A stretch of DNA of 64,000 bases, taken from NCBI RefSeq assembly GCF_009914755.1, contig NC_060948.1. One strand, written 5' to 3'. A model generated the notes under the pieces. The model ran no database searches and was not told where the DNA came from. It saw only the letters and a list, made by a program, of their open reading frames with translations. This document shows positions 24,661 through 40,179 of the stretch, piece by piece. A program made the position numbers and the translations under genes. The DNA comes from the human T2T-CHM13v2.0 reference genome, Homo sapiens. Numbering within the stretch: position 1 is the first letter of the stretch; the number at the start of each line of letters is the position of its first letter.

Positions 24661-25578
24661 TAATTTTAATTCTACACCTTTGGAAATATTAAAATACCCT
24701 CTTCATCCATTGGTCAAATCAGGCAAAATGAAAACAACGACTTCATTCTAAGTCTATGAAATGCAGCCCCAGGGGTCAGGAAAAAAATGAGTTCACAATA
24801 CATTTGTTACGATTAGAAGGAAGAAAACAAACAAACAAAAAAAGATGGCATGTATCGAGGCAAGAAAATAGACAACATATTCCAGAATGAAGGCAAAGAA
24901 TTATAAGAGGATAAAACAGCAGTAACTAAAAATGATAAGTAAGCGATAAACACAATGATGAGTAAAATGTCTACTCCTGAATCCGAGACGGTGCTTCACA
25001 AAGACAGCTTCAGAGGCCACAATTCCAAAGCTTTTTTCTACGTACAGATATTCTCCCCGATGCCTGGGTTAATGGCGCCCGAACTGCAGAAAACATAACC
25101 TCAACCGAGTTTTCTGCTTCAATGACAAATGACACCAGAGCCCCACCACCAAACCATGGCTGGCATCTATTTAGTTCTGAGCACTGCTCTGACAGAATGC
25201 ATCAGTCTTGCTTTGCTCTCAGCAAAACTGGGTGCAGAGGGGACGGCTGTTAGCCTGGTCGTTGCTAATGAGGAGATGAGGAGTTGGAAAGATAGAGACG
25301 CAATGGCTTAACTACGGCACCTGATGCAAGACTTGCTACCTCCCCAGTTCCAGCCCAAATGGAGAAATGGGTATGATGCACCTTCTGTGATCTGGGGATC
25401 AGTTCTGATGTCTGCGGTCCAGCCCCCCAACCTGTCCTGCCTTTGAAAATGTGGTGTGTCCCTTCTATGACAGTTTCTCCTAACAGCCAAGATGAGAGAT
25501 ACCACATGTTCATGACAAAGACACTCTCAAAATCAAGGTGGCGTCCAGACACACATCTAGACTGTGATGTGTTCCCCA

Positions 25579-25706
25579 CACACCAGCCTTTGTTGACTGC
25601 ACACATTCCCGCTAAAAGACACACACCAGCCTTTGCTGACTGCACATGTTCCTGCTAAAAGTCCCACACCAGTCTTTGTTGACGCACACATTCCTGCTAA
25701 AAGTCC
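25579..25706. repeat. 43-bp tandem repeat, 3 copies
   Basis: CACACCAG(C/T)CTTTG(T/C)TGAC.GCACA..TTCC.GCTAAAAG repeated. Confidence 0.8.
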
Positions 25707-25884
25707 CTGTGACTACATGAGACAATACTGCCAGTTTCCAGGCTGTTAGGACCTGCTATCTTTGGGGACTTCCTCTGTTGACTACAGCCTCCAGCTCCTT
25801 TAGGACACAAGCCCTGTTCTTCCGACTTCGAGTCCCAGTATTTGGGTATAACACTTAACACTTATTTACTGAAAACATGACTAC

Positions 25885-25970
25885 ATGGATGAATGGATGG
25901 ATGGATGAATGGATGGATGGATGGATGGATGGACAGATGCATGGATGGATGGATAGATGAATGAATGAAT
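25885..25970. repeat. (GGAT)n/(GAAT)n microsatellite
   Basis: Direct reading. Confidence 0.9.
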
Positions 25971-26452
25971 GAGATGGTCCCATCCATTGCTGGACCTGAA
26001 TAAAACCTATTCATGGCTACTGGAAGGGCATAAAAGAGTAGCTTCACTGGGACATCCATGCACTCTAGGTCCAAGTATTGAATCAAGGTTTGCCAAAGAA
26101 AAGAAACTCATTCCTCCTGGTTCGTACAGAGCTCTAATGGCACACATGCTACTCACCCAACAATCCACGCGGTTTCCCCTGCTGGGAAGTGTCTCCAGGA
26201 AATTGCACAGTGTCCAGGAAATGGCACAATCAGGTATCAAGGAACACAGGCGAACTTCTCCAGAATTATGCTCTTGGTTTCCCTGGGAGGAACGGTCACA
26301 TAAGGGTTACCATGAAACACAGAGGAATAGTGTGAGGCTGGAGTCGTACAACATTCGGATCGCTCTCACAGCTCATCTGTCAGCCTGGGGAATGCGGTGT
26401 CTGTCATTTTCCAGAGTGCTTGTTCAGTCAGCGGTATCAATTGTCAGCTTTA

Positions 26453-26851
<399 letters not shown>

Positions 26852-27217
26852 AAAGAGCAGCTGGCACTTCTTGCAAGAGCTTCAAGCTGCAAAAGGCTCT
26901 TGGATGATGTGCAACTGTACAGAGGTGGAGATATTTTTAGAACTGAAGATTTGGTGCATAGTCCTGGCTGTTTGGAAACACTTTTCAGATGAACGCATGC
27001 TGCGATCCTGGTTTAATGGAGGAAGTCACTCCCATTCAGAAACACATCTGTCTGGGCTCCACGGCTTAGCAGAACCTCTGGGAAGTACAAGGTGTTTGAA
27101 ATGATCCTGTATGAAAGACGCCAGAGGTGTAGATGCTGAGGGCTGGAAACTGCAGTTGACATTTGCCTGGCTCAGGGAATCTCAAACTTGGCTGAACAAC
27201 AACAAAAAAACATGACC

Positions 27218-27515
27218 TGGTGCCGGGCGCAGTGGCTCATGCCTGTCATCCCAGCATTTTGGGAGGCCAAGGCAGGTGGATCGCTTTGAGCTCAGGAGTT
27301 CAAGACCAGCCTGGGCAACATGGCAAAACCGTGTCTCTATTAAAAAAATACAGATGGTCAGACGTGGTGGTGCACGCCTCTGGTCCCAGCTACTTGAGAG
27401 GCTGAGGCAGGAGAGTTGCTTGAGCCTAGACGGTCGAGGCTGCAGTGAGCAGAGATTGCATCACTGCACTACAGCCTGGGTAACATAGTGAGACCCTGTT
27501 GAAAGAAAAAAAAAA
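27218..27515 (+). mobile_element. AluJ-like element
   Basis: Diverged Alu dimer whose tail runs into the purine tract. Confidence 0.88.
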
Positions 27516-29215
27516 TGGAAGAAAGAAAAAAAGGAAAGAAGAAACAGAGAAAGAAGAGAGAAGGAGAGAGAGAGAGAGAGAGAGAGAAAGAAAGAAAGGA
27601 AGGAAGGAAGGAGAGAGAGAGAGAAAGGGAGGGAGGAGGGAAGGAAGGGAGGGAGGGAGGGATAACAGAAGGAAATAAGGAAGGGAAGGAGGGAGAGATG
27701 AAGGAAGGAAGGGAGGGAGGGAGGGAGATAAAGGAAGGAAAGGAAAGAAGGGAAGGGAAGGAAAGAAGCAAGGAAGGGAAGGAGGAAGTAAGGAAAGGAA
27801 AGGAAGAAGGAAGGGAAGGAGGAAGGAAGGGAAGGGAAGGAGGAAGGAAGGGAAGGAGGAAGGAAAGGAAAGGAAGAAGGAAGGGAAGAAGGAAGGAAGG
27901 GAAGGGAAGGAGGAAGGAAGGGAAGGAGGAAGGAAGGAAGGAGGAAGGAAGGAAGGAGGGAGGAAGGAAGGAGGGAGGAAGGGAAGGAGGAAGGAAGGGA
28001 AGGAGGAAGGAAGGGAGGAAGGAAGGGAAGGAGGAAGGAAGGGAAGGGAAGGAAGAAGGAAGGGAAGGAGGAAGTAAGGAAAGGAAAGGAAGAAGGAAGG
28101 GAAGGAGGAAGGAAGGGAAGGAGGAAGGAAGGGAAGGAGGAAGGAAGGGAAGGAGGAAGGAAGGAAGGAGGAAGGAAGGAAGGAGGAAGGAAGGAAGGAG
28201 GAAGGAAGGGAAGGAGGAAGGAAGGAAGGAGGAAGGAAGGAAGGAGGAAGGAAGGGAAGGAGGAAGGAAGGGAAGGAGGAAGGAAGGGAAGGAGGAAGGA
28301 AGGAAGGAGGAAGGAAGGAAGGAGGAAGGAAGGGAAGGAGGAAGGAAGGGAAGGAGGAAGGAAGGGAGGAAGGAAGGGAAGGAGGAAGGAAGGGAAGGGA
28401 AGGAAGAAGGAAGGGAAGGAGGAAGTAAGGAAAGGAAAGGAAGAAGGAAAGGAAGGAGGAAGGAAGGGAAGGGAAGGAGGAAGGAAGGGAAGGAGGAAGG
28501 AAGGGAAGGAGGAAGGAAGGGAAGGAGGAAGGAAGGAGGAAGGAAGGGAAGGAGGAAGGAAGGGAAGGAGGAAGGAAGGGAAGGAGGAAGGAAGGAAGGA
28601 GGAAGGAAGGGAAGGAGGAAGGAAGGGAGGAAGGAAGGAAGGAAGGAGGAAGGAAGGGAAGGAGGAAGGAAGGAAGGAGGAAGGAAGGGAAGGAGGAAGG
28701 AAGGGAAGGAGGAAGGAAGGGAAGGAGGAAGGAAGGGAAGGAGGAAGGAAGGGAGGAAGGAAGGAAGGGAAGGAGGAAGGAAGGGAAGGAGGAAGGAAGG
28801 AGGAAGGAAGGGAAGGAGGAAGGAAGGGAAGGAGGAAGGAAGGGAAGGAGGAAGGAAGGAAGGAGGAAGGAAGGGAAGGAGGAAGGAAGGGAAGGAGGAA
28901 GGAAGGGAAGGAGGAAGGAAGGAAGGGAGGAAGGAAGGGAAGGAGGAAGGAAGGAAGGAGGAAGGAAGGGAAGGAGGAAGGAAGGGAAGGAGGAAGGAAG
29001 GAAGGGAAGGAGGAAGGAAGGGAAGGAGGAAGGAAGGAGAAAGGGAGAAAGAGAGAAAGAAGAAAAAACGAGGAAGGAAAATAAAGAGAATGAAAGAAGG
29101 AAGAAAGGAGAGAAAGAAAGAAAGGAAGAAAGCAAAAGAAAAAGAAAAGAAAGAAAAAGAAAGGAGAAAGAAAGATGGAGAAAGAGAGAAAAAGAAAGTA
29201 AGGAAAAGAAAGCAA
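27515..29215. repeat. ~1.7-kb polypurine tract dominated by GGAA/GGGAAGGA units
   Basis: Nearly pure A/G; recurring 16-mer GGAAGGAGGAAGGAAG. Confidence 0.97.
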
Positions 29216-29479
29216 AACAACTTGGGGAATTCAAAACAAATGCTGATGACCAGAAGAATTGACTGCGGAACTTTCTCGCGGATGGGGCTGACCGTCAGTC
29301 ATTTTCAGAGGTTGGCCCAGTGAGCATCAAAAGCCCACTAGCTTTCCTGGATATTTGGGGAGACCGTCACAGATAGTGAGAGGCCTGAGCTCACCAGTGG
29401 TTTTACACAAGGCTCACTGGGGATTGGGGATGTCCAGTTTCAGACCTGCTGCCTGTCCTTGAAGAGGGAAGACGCATGA

Positions 29480-29652
29480 ACAGAGATGGCTACACCAATT
29501 GCAAGCTCAGCGCAAAATGAGAAGAAGGACTCCTTGTTCAAACCTAATTAACAATTTCCAGGCGGGGGCAGCAGACAGTTAAAGCAATATGGCGCCCTTC
29601 CGTGCGTGGGGACCCTGTGTGAGTTACGCAAGGTGCGGACTCATGAAACTTG
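29480..29652 (-). mobile_element. MER45A-like hAT relic
   Basis: GCGCAAAATGAGAA...CCTTGTTCAAA...GACCCTGTGTGAGTTACGCAAGGT resembles antisense MER45A. Confidence 0.55.
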
Positions 29653-29754
29653 AGGTGTAGATAACAGAAGCTATCCACCTCCGAGGCTTTCCGGGTCTCT
29701 AGAAATGGAAAGAATATTTTCCGCACTCACATGGCATCTGGTCCCTGTGGCCAA

Positions 29755-32570
<2,816 letters not shown>

Positions 32571-32702
32571 AATGTCATAACCTGCAATGGGCTGTCTGAA
32601 CACACAGCCATCTCATGGGACCATCTACATCATCTTCACACAGAGACCTAAGCCCCATGGGAAGCTTGGCAGATGTGATGTTGGGGCCTCTACAGATCCA
32701 GA

Positions 32703-33170
32703 TGTGGGGGTTTAGTCAGGCTGGTGGGGAAAATTTTAGTTATAGTAGACACAAACCCTCTGGGAAGGCCTGAGCGTTTGTATAACTTCAGTAATAAACC
32801 TGGCTGAAGGCAGCCTAGTCCCCTTACCTTTAGTTAAATAAATTAGAGTAGAAGCAAAGGAATGTGGGGAATGTCTCTAACTAACTTGTTTACTCATGTG
32901 GTCCTAAGACTAACCTTTTATGTATCGCAGGTGCTTCATTGCTTTCTACTTAGGGAAGTCCGCAATGTCAATTTCCCTCTAGTGGTGTTGACTCACAACC
33001 TTTGTCAATTAATCTTTACTGAATAAATGCAAGTCTTGCTGACTGATCGAGGCCACGGCTGCTACTAAGTGGCTTGGATGCTCAGCCAAACTGGCAAAGC
33101 AGAATAGCTGTGTGTCAATGTACTTCATTCACCCATCACTTGGTCAGGGTCTGTGGGACAGACCCCTGCA
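32703..33170 (+). mobile_element. Solo LTR22 (HERV-K HML-5) LTR
   Basis: TGTGGGGGTTTAGTCAGGCTGGTGGGGAAAATTTTAG...GACCCCTGCA; internal AATAAA near 33022; flanks CCAGA/CCATA. Confidence 0.8.
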
Positions 33171-33505
33171 CCATAAATCTTGTTGCAAGTTTTCACCGTT
33201 GGGCTTCACGTCTCCCTGCAGCACCATGAATCCAGCTACACTAGGGAGGTGAATATCATGCATGTTTCCTGCAAGTTTCATTGTTCCTTGTAACCTCTGG
33301 CAACCTCTCCTTCCCGGAGGCTGTTTCCTGGCCTGTTAGTCTGGTTGTATCATTCATGGTTTTCCTATGAAGGGTCTCAGGATATAAGCAGACATTCTGC
33401 ACAGAGACTGCATCTTTCTGCAGAAGGGGCTTGAGCTCATTCTTTCTGCACTGAGAGTCCTGGGTATTGAGGTCTGAGCTCTGCCCGAAACAGAAGCATA
33501 CCGAT

Positions 33506-33947
33506 TGTTAGGGTCACCCCAACCAGACCGTTCCCTTCCCCTTCCACAGGCCTTACAATACAGTCCCTTGCACTCTCCACACAGCTCCCCCAGGGCTAAA
33601 GACAAACGCCCCCCGCCTTCACTGACCCCTCCAGTAACTGTTTGTCCAGACAGTTACAGGATGTGGTTAGCATGTCTGTGAACCTTGCATAACAAAGCTG
33701 GTGAAAAACATCTCCAGGATGCGGTCAAGACACTTGCACCCCCTACTCAGCTCCCCCACCCCAACCCAATCCTCCTGCACCCTCGACTCAGCTCCCCCAC
33801 CCCGACCTGGTTCTGGCCCTATAAAACCCTGCTATAGTCTGTAAGTGGGGCTGCCTCCACTAACTGTGGTGGAGCAGCCAAGCAGCTCAGTAAAGTTTGC
33901 TTGCCTGACTTTAGGTCTCCTCATCCTCTCTCTCGGCTGACCTTACA
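33506..33947 (+). mobile_element. Solo ERV LTR (ERVL class, LTR32-like; family tentative)
   Basis: TG...CA termini (TGTTAGGGTCA...TGACCTTACA), perfect 5-bp TSD CCGAT at 33501-33505 and 33948-33952, TATA-like CTATAAAA near 33819. Confidence 0.8.
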
Positions 33948-34188
33948 CCGATGATGTAGTAAGCATCTAACGTGAATATCCCAGGGAACAAATCCACATT
34001 TCTTATCCTTTTGTACCAAGGAAGGTCCCCTGTCTAGTGGGTCCATGACATAAAATTCCTGGTTTTCTGTAAAGGAACAACAGAAATCCAGGCATCCTGG
34101 TTATCTACCAAGGAAAATCACCATCTGTGGTGACAAACCCATTCCCGGAGGATGAATGATTTTTTTTTTAAAGAGGCCAAACAATACA

Positions 34189-34194
34189 TTTATT
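34189..34194 (-). terminator. DHRSX: Distal AATAAA poly(A) signal of DHRSX
   Basis: TTTATT on +, ~1.5 kb after the stop codon, consistent with my recollection of the annotated 3' UTR length. Confidence 0.7.
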
Positions 34195-34632
34195 ATTTTC
34201 ATTTAAGTTGCTTATCAGGGCAACCTTCCCCATCTGGGAACAATCTAGCAGTCATGTAAGAAGCACATGCCCCCACAATTAGTTTGAACTCCATCCTGGA
34301 ATTGCAGCTGGTTGTGATTCTAAGGTACAGGCATGCCAGGAGCCTGGATTTGAATAGTCAGTGGGATTTTGTCACTTAGTGGAATGGATAATAAGCCAAC
34401 CAATGGTCATCAGTCTCACACATAAGGAGTGCAGGCTCGTAGGGTATACACAGTACTTTCTCAAAAGCATTGCAAATGACTGATTTCTCTATGTTGAAAT
34501 TTGAAAACCCAACATCTATCTCTCTAACACCAAAGGATTGAGCCTTCCTTGCCTGGCTGGTGAGTAAGAGTGAGCCTCTATACCAAGGATGTACCCTTTG
34601 GCTGTGTGAGGTTTTCAGAAGTATCAGAAGCT

Positions 34633-35085
34633 GTATACATTTCCTGTGGTTGCTGTAACAAGTGACTACCAATTTGTTGGAGCCTTAAAACAAGAAAGAT
34701 TTATTCTCTCTCCGTTCTGGGGACCAGAAGTCTAAAGTCAAGACGTCAGAGGGGCCAAGATTGCTCTGAGGGGTATAAGGGAGAATCCTTCCTGCCTGTC
34801 CCAGCTCCTGGTGGCTCCAGGCATTGCTTGGCTTGTGGTGGCATCACTCCAGTCTCTGTCTGCATCATCACACGAATATCTTGTCTTCTGTACTCAAATC
34901 TCCCTCTACCTGTCTCTGATAAGAACCCTCGTGATGGCATTAGGTTCACTGGGATGATCCATAATGACCCATCTCAAAATTCTTAATTCTATCTGCAAAG
35001 ATTCTTTTCCAAATAAAGTAATATTTATAGGTTCTGAGGGTTAGGGCATGAACATATCTTTTGAGGGCTACCATTTGATCCATAG
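34633..35085 (-). mobile_element. MLT1C-like LTR inside the DHRSX 3' UTR, in sense with the transcript
   Basis: TTTCCTGTGGTTGCTGTAACAA...GGAGAATCCTTCCTGCCTGTCCCAGCTCCTGGTGGCTCCAGGC. Confidence 0.75.
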
Positions 35086-35694
35086 CTGTTCAGCGGTTTA
35101 CATTCTCGGATTTGACAGTGGCATGCTTCACTTGTGACTGTGCCATTCTGGAATGAGGTTGACCAGATGGTGCTGCTGGCCACGTCAAACTCATCCTACA
35201 GGCTGTAGCAAGCAAGGCTCACACCTCCCCATGTCTGACACCTGTGAATCACAGCTGGGTCTCTGGAAAAATGAGTGAGTGCAGGAACAAAATCAAACAG
35301 GAGACCTCATCCACCACTAGGTCTCAGAGAGGACATTGCAGCCCCTGAAAAGAGAGCATCTCTCTTGGAACTTTTGTACTCAGTTGTATTAACGCGGCAA
35401 GGAAAATGGCACATTTATGTTGGAAAATGTAATTATTTATGGCACCTGTGACAACTGGGCACTTTGGAATCACAAAGTTTATGGTTGAAGACCACTTGGG
35501 GTGATTATCCTCCAAAATGTTTATTTGGCTTCTTGAAGTTCTGCAGAGGTTGAGGCAGCTGTCTCAAAACTAGAGGACAGAGCCCTGTGGGCAGGTGGGT
35601 GTGAGAAACTCAAACACCGCAGTCTTCACAGACCCACAAGCTATTGGCAGGTGCAATGTGTTTCTTGGGGCAGCAGCTATCCTGAGACAGGATA

Positions 35695-35883
35695 TCACAG
35701 GGTCACATCAAGGACCCCAGTCATCTCACAACTCTTAGACCACAGCTGCTGCTGCAGTTTCTGGTTGTAGGTGACGTGGAGGGACTTGGTCTCTTTCTCG
35801 TTGTATAGGTAATGGCCACCAACTCCTTCCAGCTCTGGGGTGACTGCTGCGTAGATGGAAGTCCACGCTCCTTCATCGGGGGT
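35695..35883 (-). CDS. DHRSX: DHRSX last coding exon (62 aa + TGA): TPDEGAWTSIYAAVTPELEGVGGHYLYNEKETKSLHVTYNQKLQQQLWSKSCEMTGVLDVTL
   Basis: Acceptor CCTTCTTTTCTTCTTCCACCAG|ACC; phase 0, in frame with the upstream exon; SDR C-terminal signature (TPxEGA...LWxxS) recognised as DHRSX, a polyprenol dehydrogenase/dolichal reductase. Confidence 0.96.
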   Translation of the reverse strand, partial: TPDEGAWTSIYAAVTPELEGVGGHYLYNEKETKSLHVTYNQKLQQQLWSKSCEMTGVLDVTL

Positions 35884-36689
35884 CTGGTGGAAGAAGAAAA
35901 GAAGGCTACGATGAGTCAAATTTCTGAGCAGGAAACAGGAGTCTCAGGACTCACATGGATGCTGCAGGGACAGGTGGAATATACTCATCAGCTGCACTGA
36001 GAAATGTATGCAAAAAGCGAGGTTGGGTGATCAATCTGAACCACAGCTTTTCTGCTGTTGGGTTTCTTTACAACAGGCACTGACAATAACGTACCCAAGT
36101 GGGTTGCATTTCAGTGGTGGGTTAATCCATCTCACTAGGCAGATGCATATTAAAATCCCTGATGTACGTATTTAATCACGCACTCTTTATGGGACCGAAA
36201 TGCTTATTAATTGACTAGAAGCAGATGAGTGAGTGCTTGGCTTCTGTATTTAATAAACAATATTTAGCAATTAGATGAAACATCAGGACATCAAAAAGAT
36301 TCTTGTTTTCAATTCAGCAAGGCATGCTACATCGGAGAATTGAGGCATTTATGAGCTGTGATCGTATGTTTCATGGAAACAGACGTTTCAAAAAGGAACT
36401 TGAGATGCAGAAAAAGGTTTTTCAAAGACTGGGGATTTTACCCTAGTGGAAGGCGATAATCTTGAAACACAGCACACCCTGGTTTTCTGCAGTGGGAGTT
36501 GGCCCTTGGTCATGGTCAGTGGGATGGAAGAAATGTAGGATTCTCAGAGGAATTAGAAGTTGTGGGACCTGAGAACCTTCAGAGCTAGGATGCAATAATC
36601 CAGGAACCAACACAGTGCATCTTAACTTCTGTCACAATGAAGATGTTTCAGAAGTTGTCTCTTGTAATAAGCTTCTGGGAATCTGGTGA

Positions 36690-37190
36690 ACGTATCCACC
36701 ATGTGGGGACACAGTAATGAGGCACCGTCTGTGAACCAGAAAGCAGGTCCCTTCCAGACACAGAATCTGCCATGCATTGATCTTGAACTTCCAGCCTCCA
36801 GAACTGTGAGCAACAAATGTTTACCGGTTGCCCAGCCTATGTTGTTTTGTGATAGCAACACAAACAGACTAAGACATTTGATGTCCAGAGTTTTTACTGG
36901 GGTCTCATTGCATAGGTATGATTAAGTCATTGGCCACATAATCAGATTCAACCTCCAGTTCCTCTTTCCTCCCCAGAGGTCAGGCTGGCCTGAAATTCCA
37001 ACCTCCTAATGACATGGTTGGTGTTTCTGGTGGCCAGCCCCATCTTGAAGCCATTTAGGAAACAGCAAATATCACCTCATTATACAACCAGGGAATTGCT
37101 AGCATTTGTGAAATTGCGAGAGTTTTAGAAGCTCCTCCTTGTTACAGAACCAGGAATAAAGACCAGATATTGCCTTTGTTATGTCCCCTC
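36690..37190. mobile_element. MLT1A-like LTR 3' part (+, ~36690-36875) followed by a MER21-like LTR fragment
   Basis: TTGATCTTGAACTTCCAGCCTCCAGAACTGTGAG...AGACTAAGACA; AGAGGTCAGGCTG...CCAACCTCCTAAT. Confidence 0.55.
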
Positions 37191-37758
37191 TAGTCTTCTG
37201 GGAGTGATGATCCATTTGCCCGAACTGATTTCACCTCTCACCAGTGCCCCTAGCACTGCAGTGGCTCAGGCCTGTAATCCCAGTGCTTTGGGAGAACAAG
37301 GCAGGAGGACTGCTTGAGTCCAGGAGTTCAAGATGAGTGTGGGCCACATGGCAAAACCTAGCACTGGTGAGAGTTCAGGCACACACCCTCCAAAAAGGAA
37401 AAGGGTGGACTCTGTGGGGTGGCCTGTGACACCCAGTCACTTCAGAAATTCTGCTGCTGTCAGTTCACTGCCTCCTGGTCTTGACTTCAGCAGCCAGTGT
37501 GACGTGGAAAGGCATGGTAGACAATCCAGTGTGCCCACCAGCCCATCCTCTGGGTGCCGAGCAAGGGGAACAGGAAGGCTGGACCCCAGTAGAGGAACAG
37601 AGCTGCCAGACTCCTGAGATTGTTTCCCACTGACTTGCCTCTGCTCTTCTGCTGCCTAAAAAGAAATGGATGGAGCTAGAGAACTTCCCAAGTCTGGAAA
37701 TCACCTAGGGGTGCCCAGAGATCTTGCAAACCCAAAGTGTCCTGGGAGATTTGGAGGC

Positions 37759-38116
37759 TGATACGGTTTGGCTGTGTCCCCACCCAAATTTCATCTTGAA
37801 CTGTAGCTCCCATAATTCCCATGTGTCAAGGGAGGGAGCCAGTGGGAGGTAATTGAATCATGGGAGATCTTTCTCGTGCTGTTCTCATGATAATGAATAA
37901 GTCCCATGACATCTGATGGTTTTATAAAAGGCCGCTCCCCTGCACACACTCTCTTGCCTGCTGCCATGTAAGACATGCCTTTGCTCCTCCTTCACCTTCC
38001 GCCATGATTGTCAGGCCTCCCCAGCCACATGGAACTGAGTCCATTAAGCCTCTTTCCTCTATAAATCACCCAGTCTTGGGCATGTCTTTATTAGCAGCAT
38101 GAGAACAGACTAATAG
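37759..38116 (+). mobile_element. THE1 (THE1C/D-like) solo LTR
   Basis: TGATACGGTTTGGCTGTGTCCCCACCCAAAT...TTATTAGCAGCATGAGAACAGACTAATA. Confidence 0.88.
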
Positions 38117-39259
38117 AGAGACTGTATCTGAAAACATCTCGGGGGCGGATGCAGGCGCCATGGCTTGGCTCTTGCAGGGGAGCCCTGTGTCCCGTGTCTT
38201 GCCCTGGGCATCTAAAGACCAAAAGTAAAGGCGAAAGGGATGGAAAGAGGAAGGGAGGAAGGACAGAACAGAGCAGGAGGAAAGGGAGAGGGAAGGCAGG
38301 GGCCAAGTGAAGGCACCCATGGTGTTTGAGGGTCTTTCTCTGGGGCAGCCTTCAACGCAGAAAGAGGTTTTATTGATCTGTTTCATGCTTCTCTCTTTTG
38401 CGGCTGTGTTCTGCCCAATTTCCAGGCAGGATCTGCTCCCAAAGCCGGCATTCTTCTTCCTTCTCCATCATCTTGTAGCTGGAAAATACGGAGTCTTTCT
38501 GGGGCCCAGCCCACTTCCATATAAAAGGCAGGGACACCAAGCACTGCAGCTGTGAATCCAACATGGTGCCCCTTCCCACACTGCTGCTCTGGACAAAGTG
38601 ATCAGAGAGGCCAGATGGGGGCCACCCTGGGTCCCCAGGAGAGACCATGGTTCCTGCTGCGCAGAAATGAGCATTTACACCTCACGCTGGTGCCTGAGAT
38701 GTTCACCCACACTGTGTTATATTTAGTGCTGTGCCTTCTTTGCAAACAAATCCTTAAATCAGCTCCTGGAACAAGTTTTGTGTTGTTGTCTGCCATCATT
38801 GACACTGAGGATTCAGGGGCTCATGCCCCAAATACCCGACCTGTGTCTTGACCATGTAGTATGATGCCTCCACCCGGAGAGGCCCCTGTGTTCTGCAGCT
38901 GCAGCTTAGGCCGCTCCTGGGTTCTCCTGCATCGTCCCTATTGTTGAACAAACTCAGCACTCTCTGGAAGGAGGCTTCCTCTTTGTGGTTCCCCTGTGGG
39001 CAGTGTCTGGGGGCTTCTGTTTCTACCATATTTTGAAAAATCCTCTTATCTGAGTAAGAGTTCTTGGGCTATGCATATTCAATTGCGACACAAGTACTAC
39101 CGTTTTAGGGGGCAAGATACCACCTGTGCTATGTTGAAAATGAGCTTGTGATTTCTAGAAGACAGCAAGCGCATTGTGCTGAAAATGTAGGTATTTCTGG
39201 GGACACAGAGATGACGACGTGATGAAGTTCTATTGGATGATTTTTTTTCTGTAAGAAAA

Positions 39260-40150
39260 ACACACGCACACACATATTCATGTGCGCATGGTCACTTACA
39301 TGCTGACATGCACACATACATTCGTATGTACTCACATGCACACAAATATATATACACATATGGACACACACATACTCATGCATACGCACACACACATGCA
39401 CACTTACTTGCACATGCATACTCACACTCATTCACATGCACACATGCTCATTTACATGTACACAAACTCACATGAACACATGCTCACATATACTCATTCA
39501 CATGCACACAAATTCGCATGCACACAGCTCACACGCACACATGCTCACACTCGCACACACACACGTACACACACATTCACATGCACTCATTCACATGTAC
39601 ACAGCTCACACACATGCTCACATTCACATGCACACTAATTCACATGCACACACACATGCTCACACTCATTCACATGCACACAGCTCACATTCACACATGC
39701 ATTCACATTTACATATTCACATGCACTCACATGCTCACTCATTCACATGCACACAGCTCACACACATGCACACACTCATTCACATGCACTCATTCACATG
39801 TACACACATTCACATGCACTCACACACGCACACAGCTCACACATGCACACATTTGCATGCACATTCACATGTACACACATTCACATGCAGTCACACATGC
39901 TCACACTCATTCACATGCACACAGCTCACACACATGCACTTTCACATGTACACACATTCACATGCACACATACACATGCACGCACCCTCATTCACAAGTA
40001 CGCACATACACATGCACACATGCTCACACTCATTCACATGCACACATGCTCATCCACGTGTACATTCACATACTCATTCACATGCATACTTATACACATG
40101 CAAACATGCTTATATATTCATTTGCATGCACACACTCATACACATGCACA
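39260..40150. repeat. Degenerate CA-rich (CACATG/CACA) tract
   Basis: Direct reading. Confidence 0.93.
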
Positions 40151-40179
40151 GATTATTTATCCTAATATTGCAAAATATG

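Larger units (their letters stand above)
34170..35694 (-). other. DHRSX: DHRSX 3' UTR (last exon)
   Basis: Lies between TGA (35695-35697) and the inferred cleavage region downstream of AATAAA at 34189-34194. Confidence 0.7.

Noticed and set aside
27426-29323. ~600-aa ORFs on both strands (PSFL-rich and GRKE-rich)
   Set aside because: Translations of a purine/pyrimidine-only tract, which cannot encode stop codons.
38016-38028. PRDM9 hotspot motif position in the THE1 LTR
   Set aside because: Reads CCTCCCCAGCCAC, the consensus form, not the hotspot-associated CCTCCCTAGCCAC.
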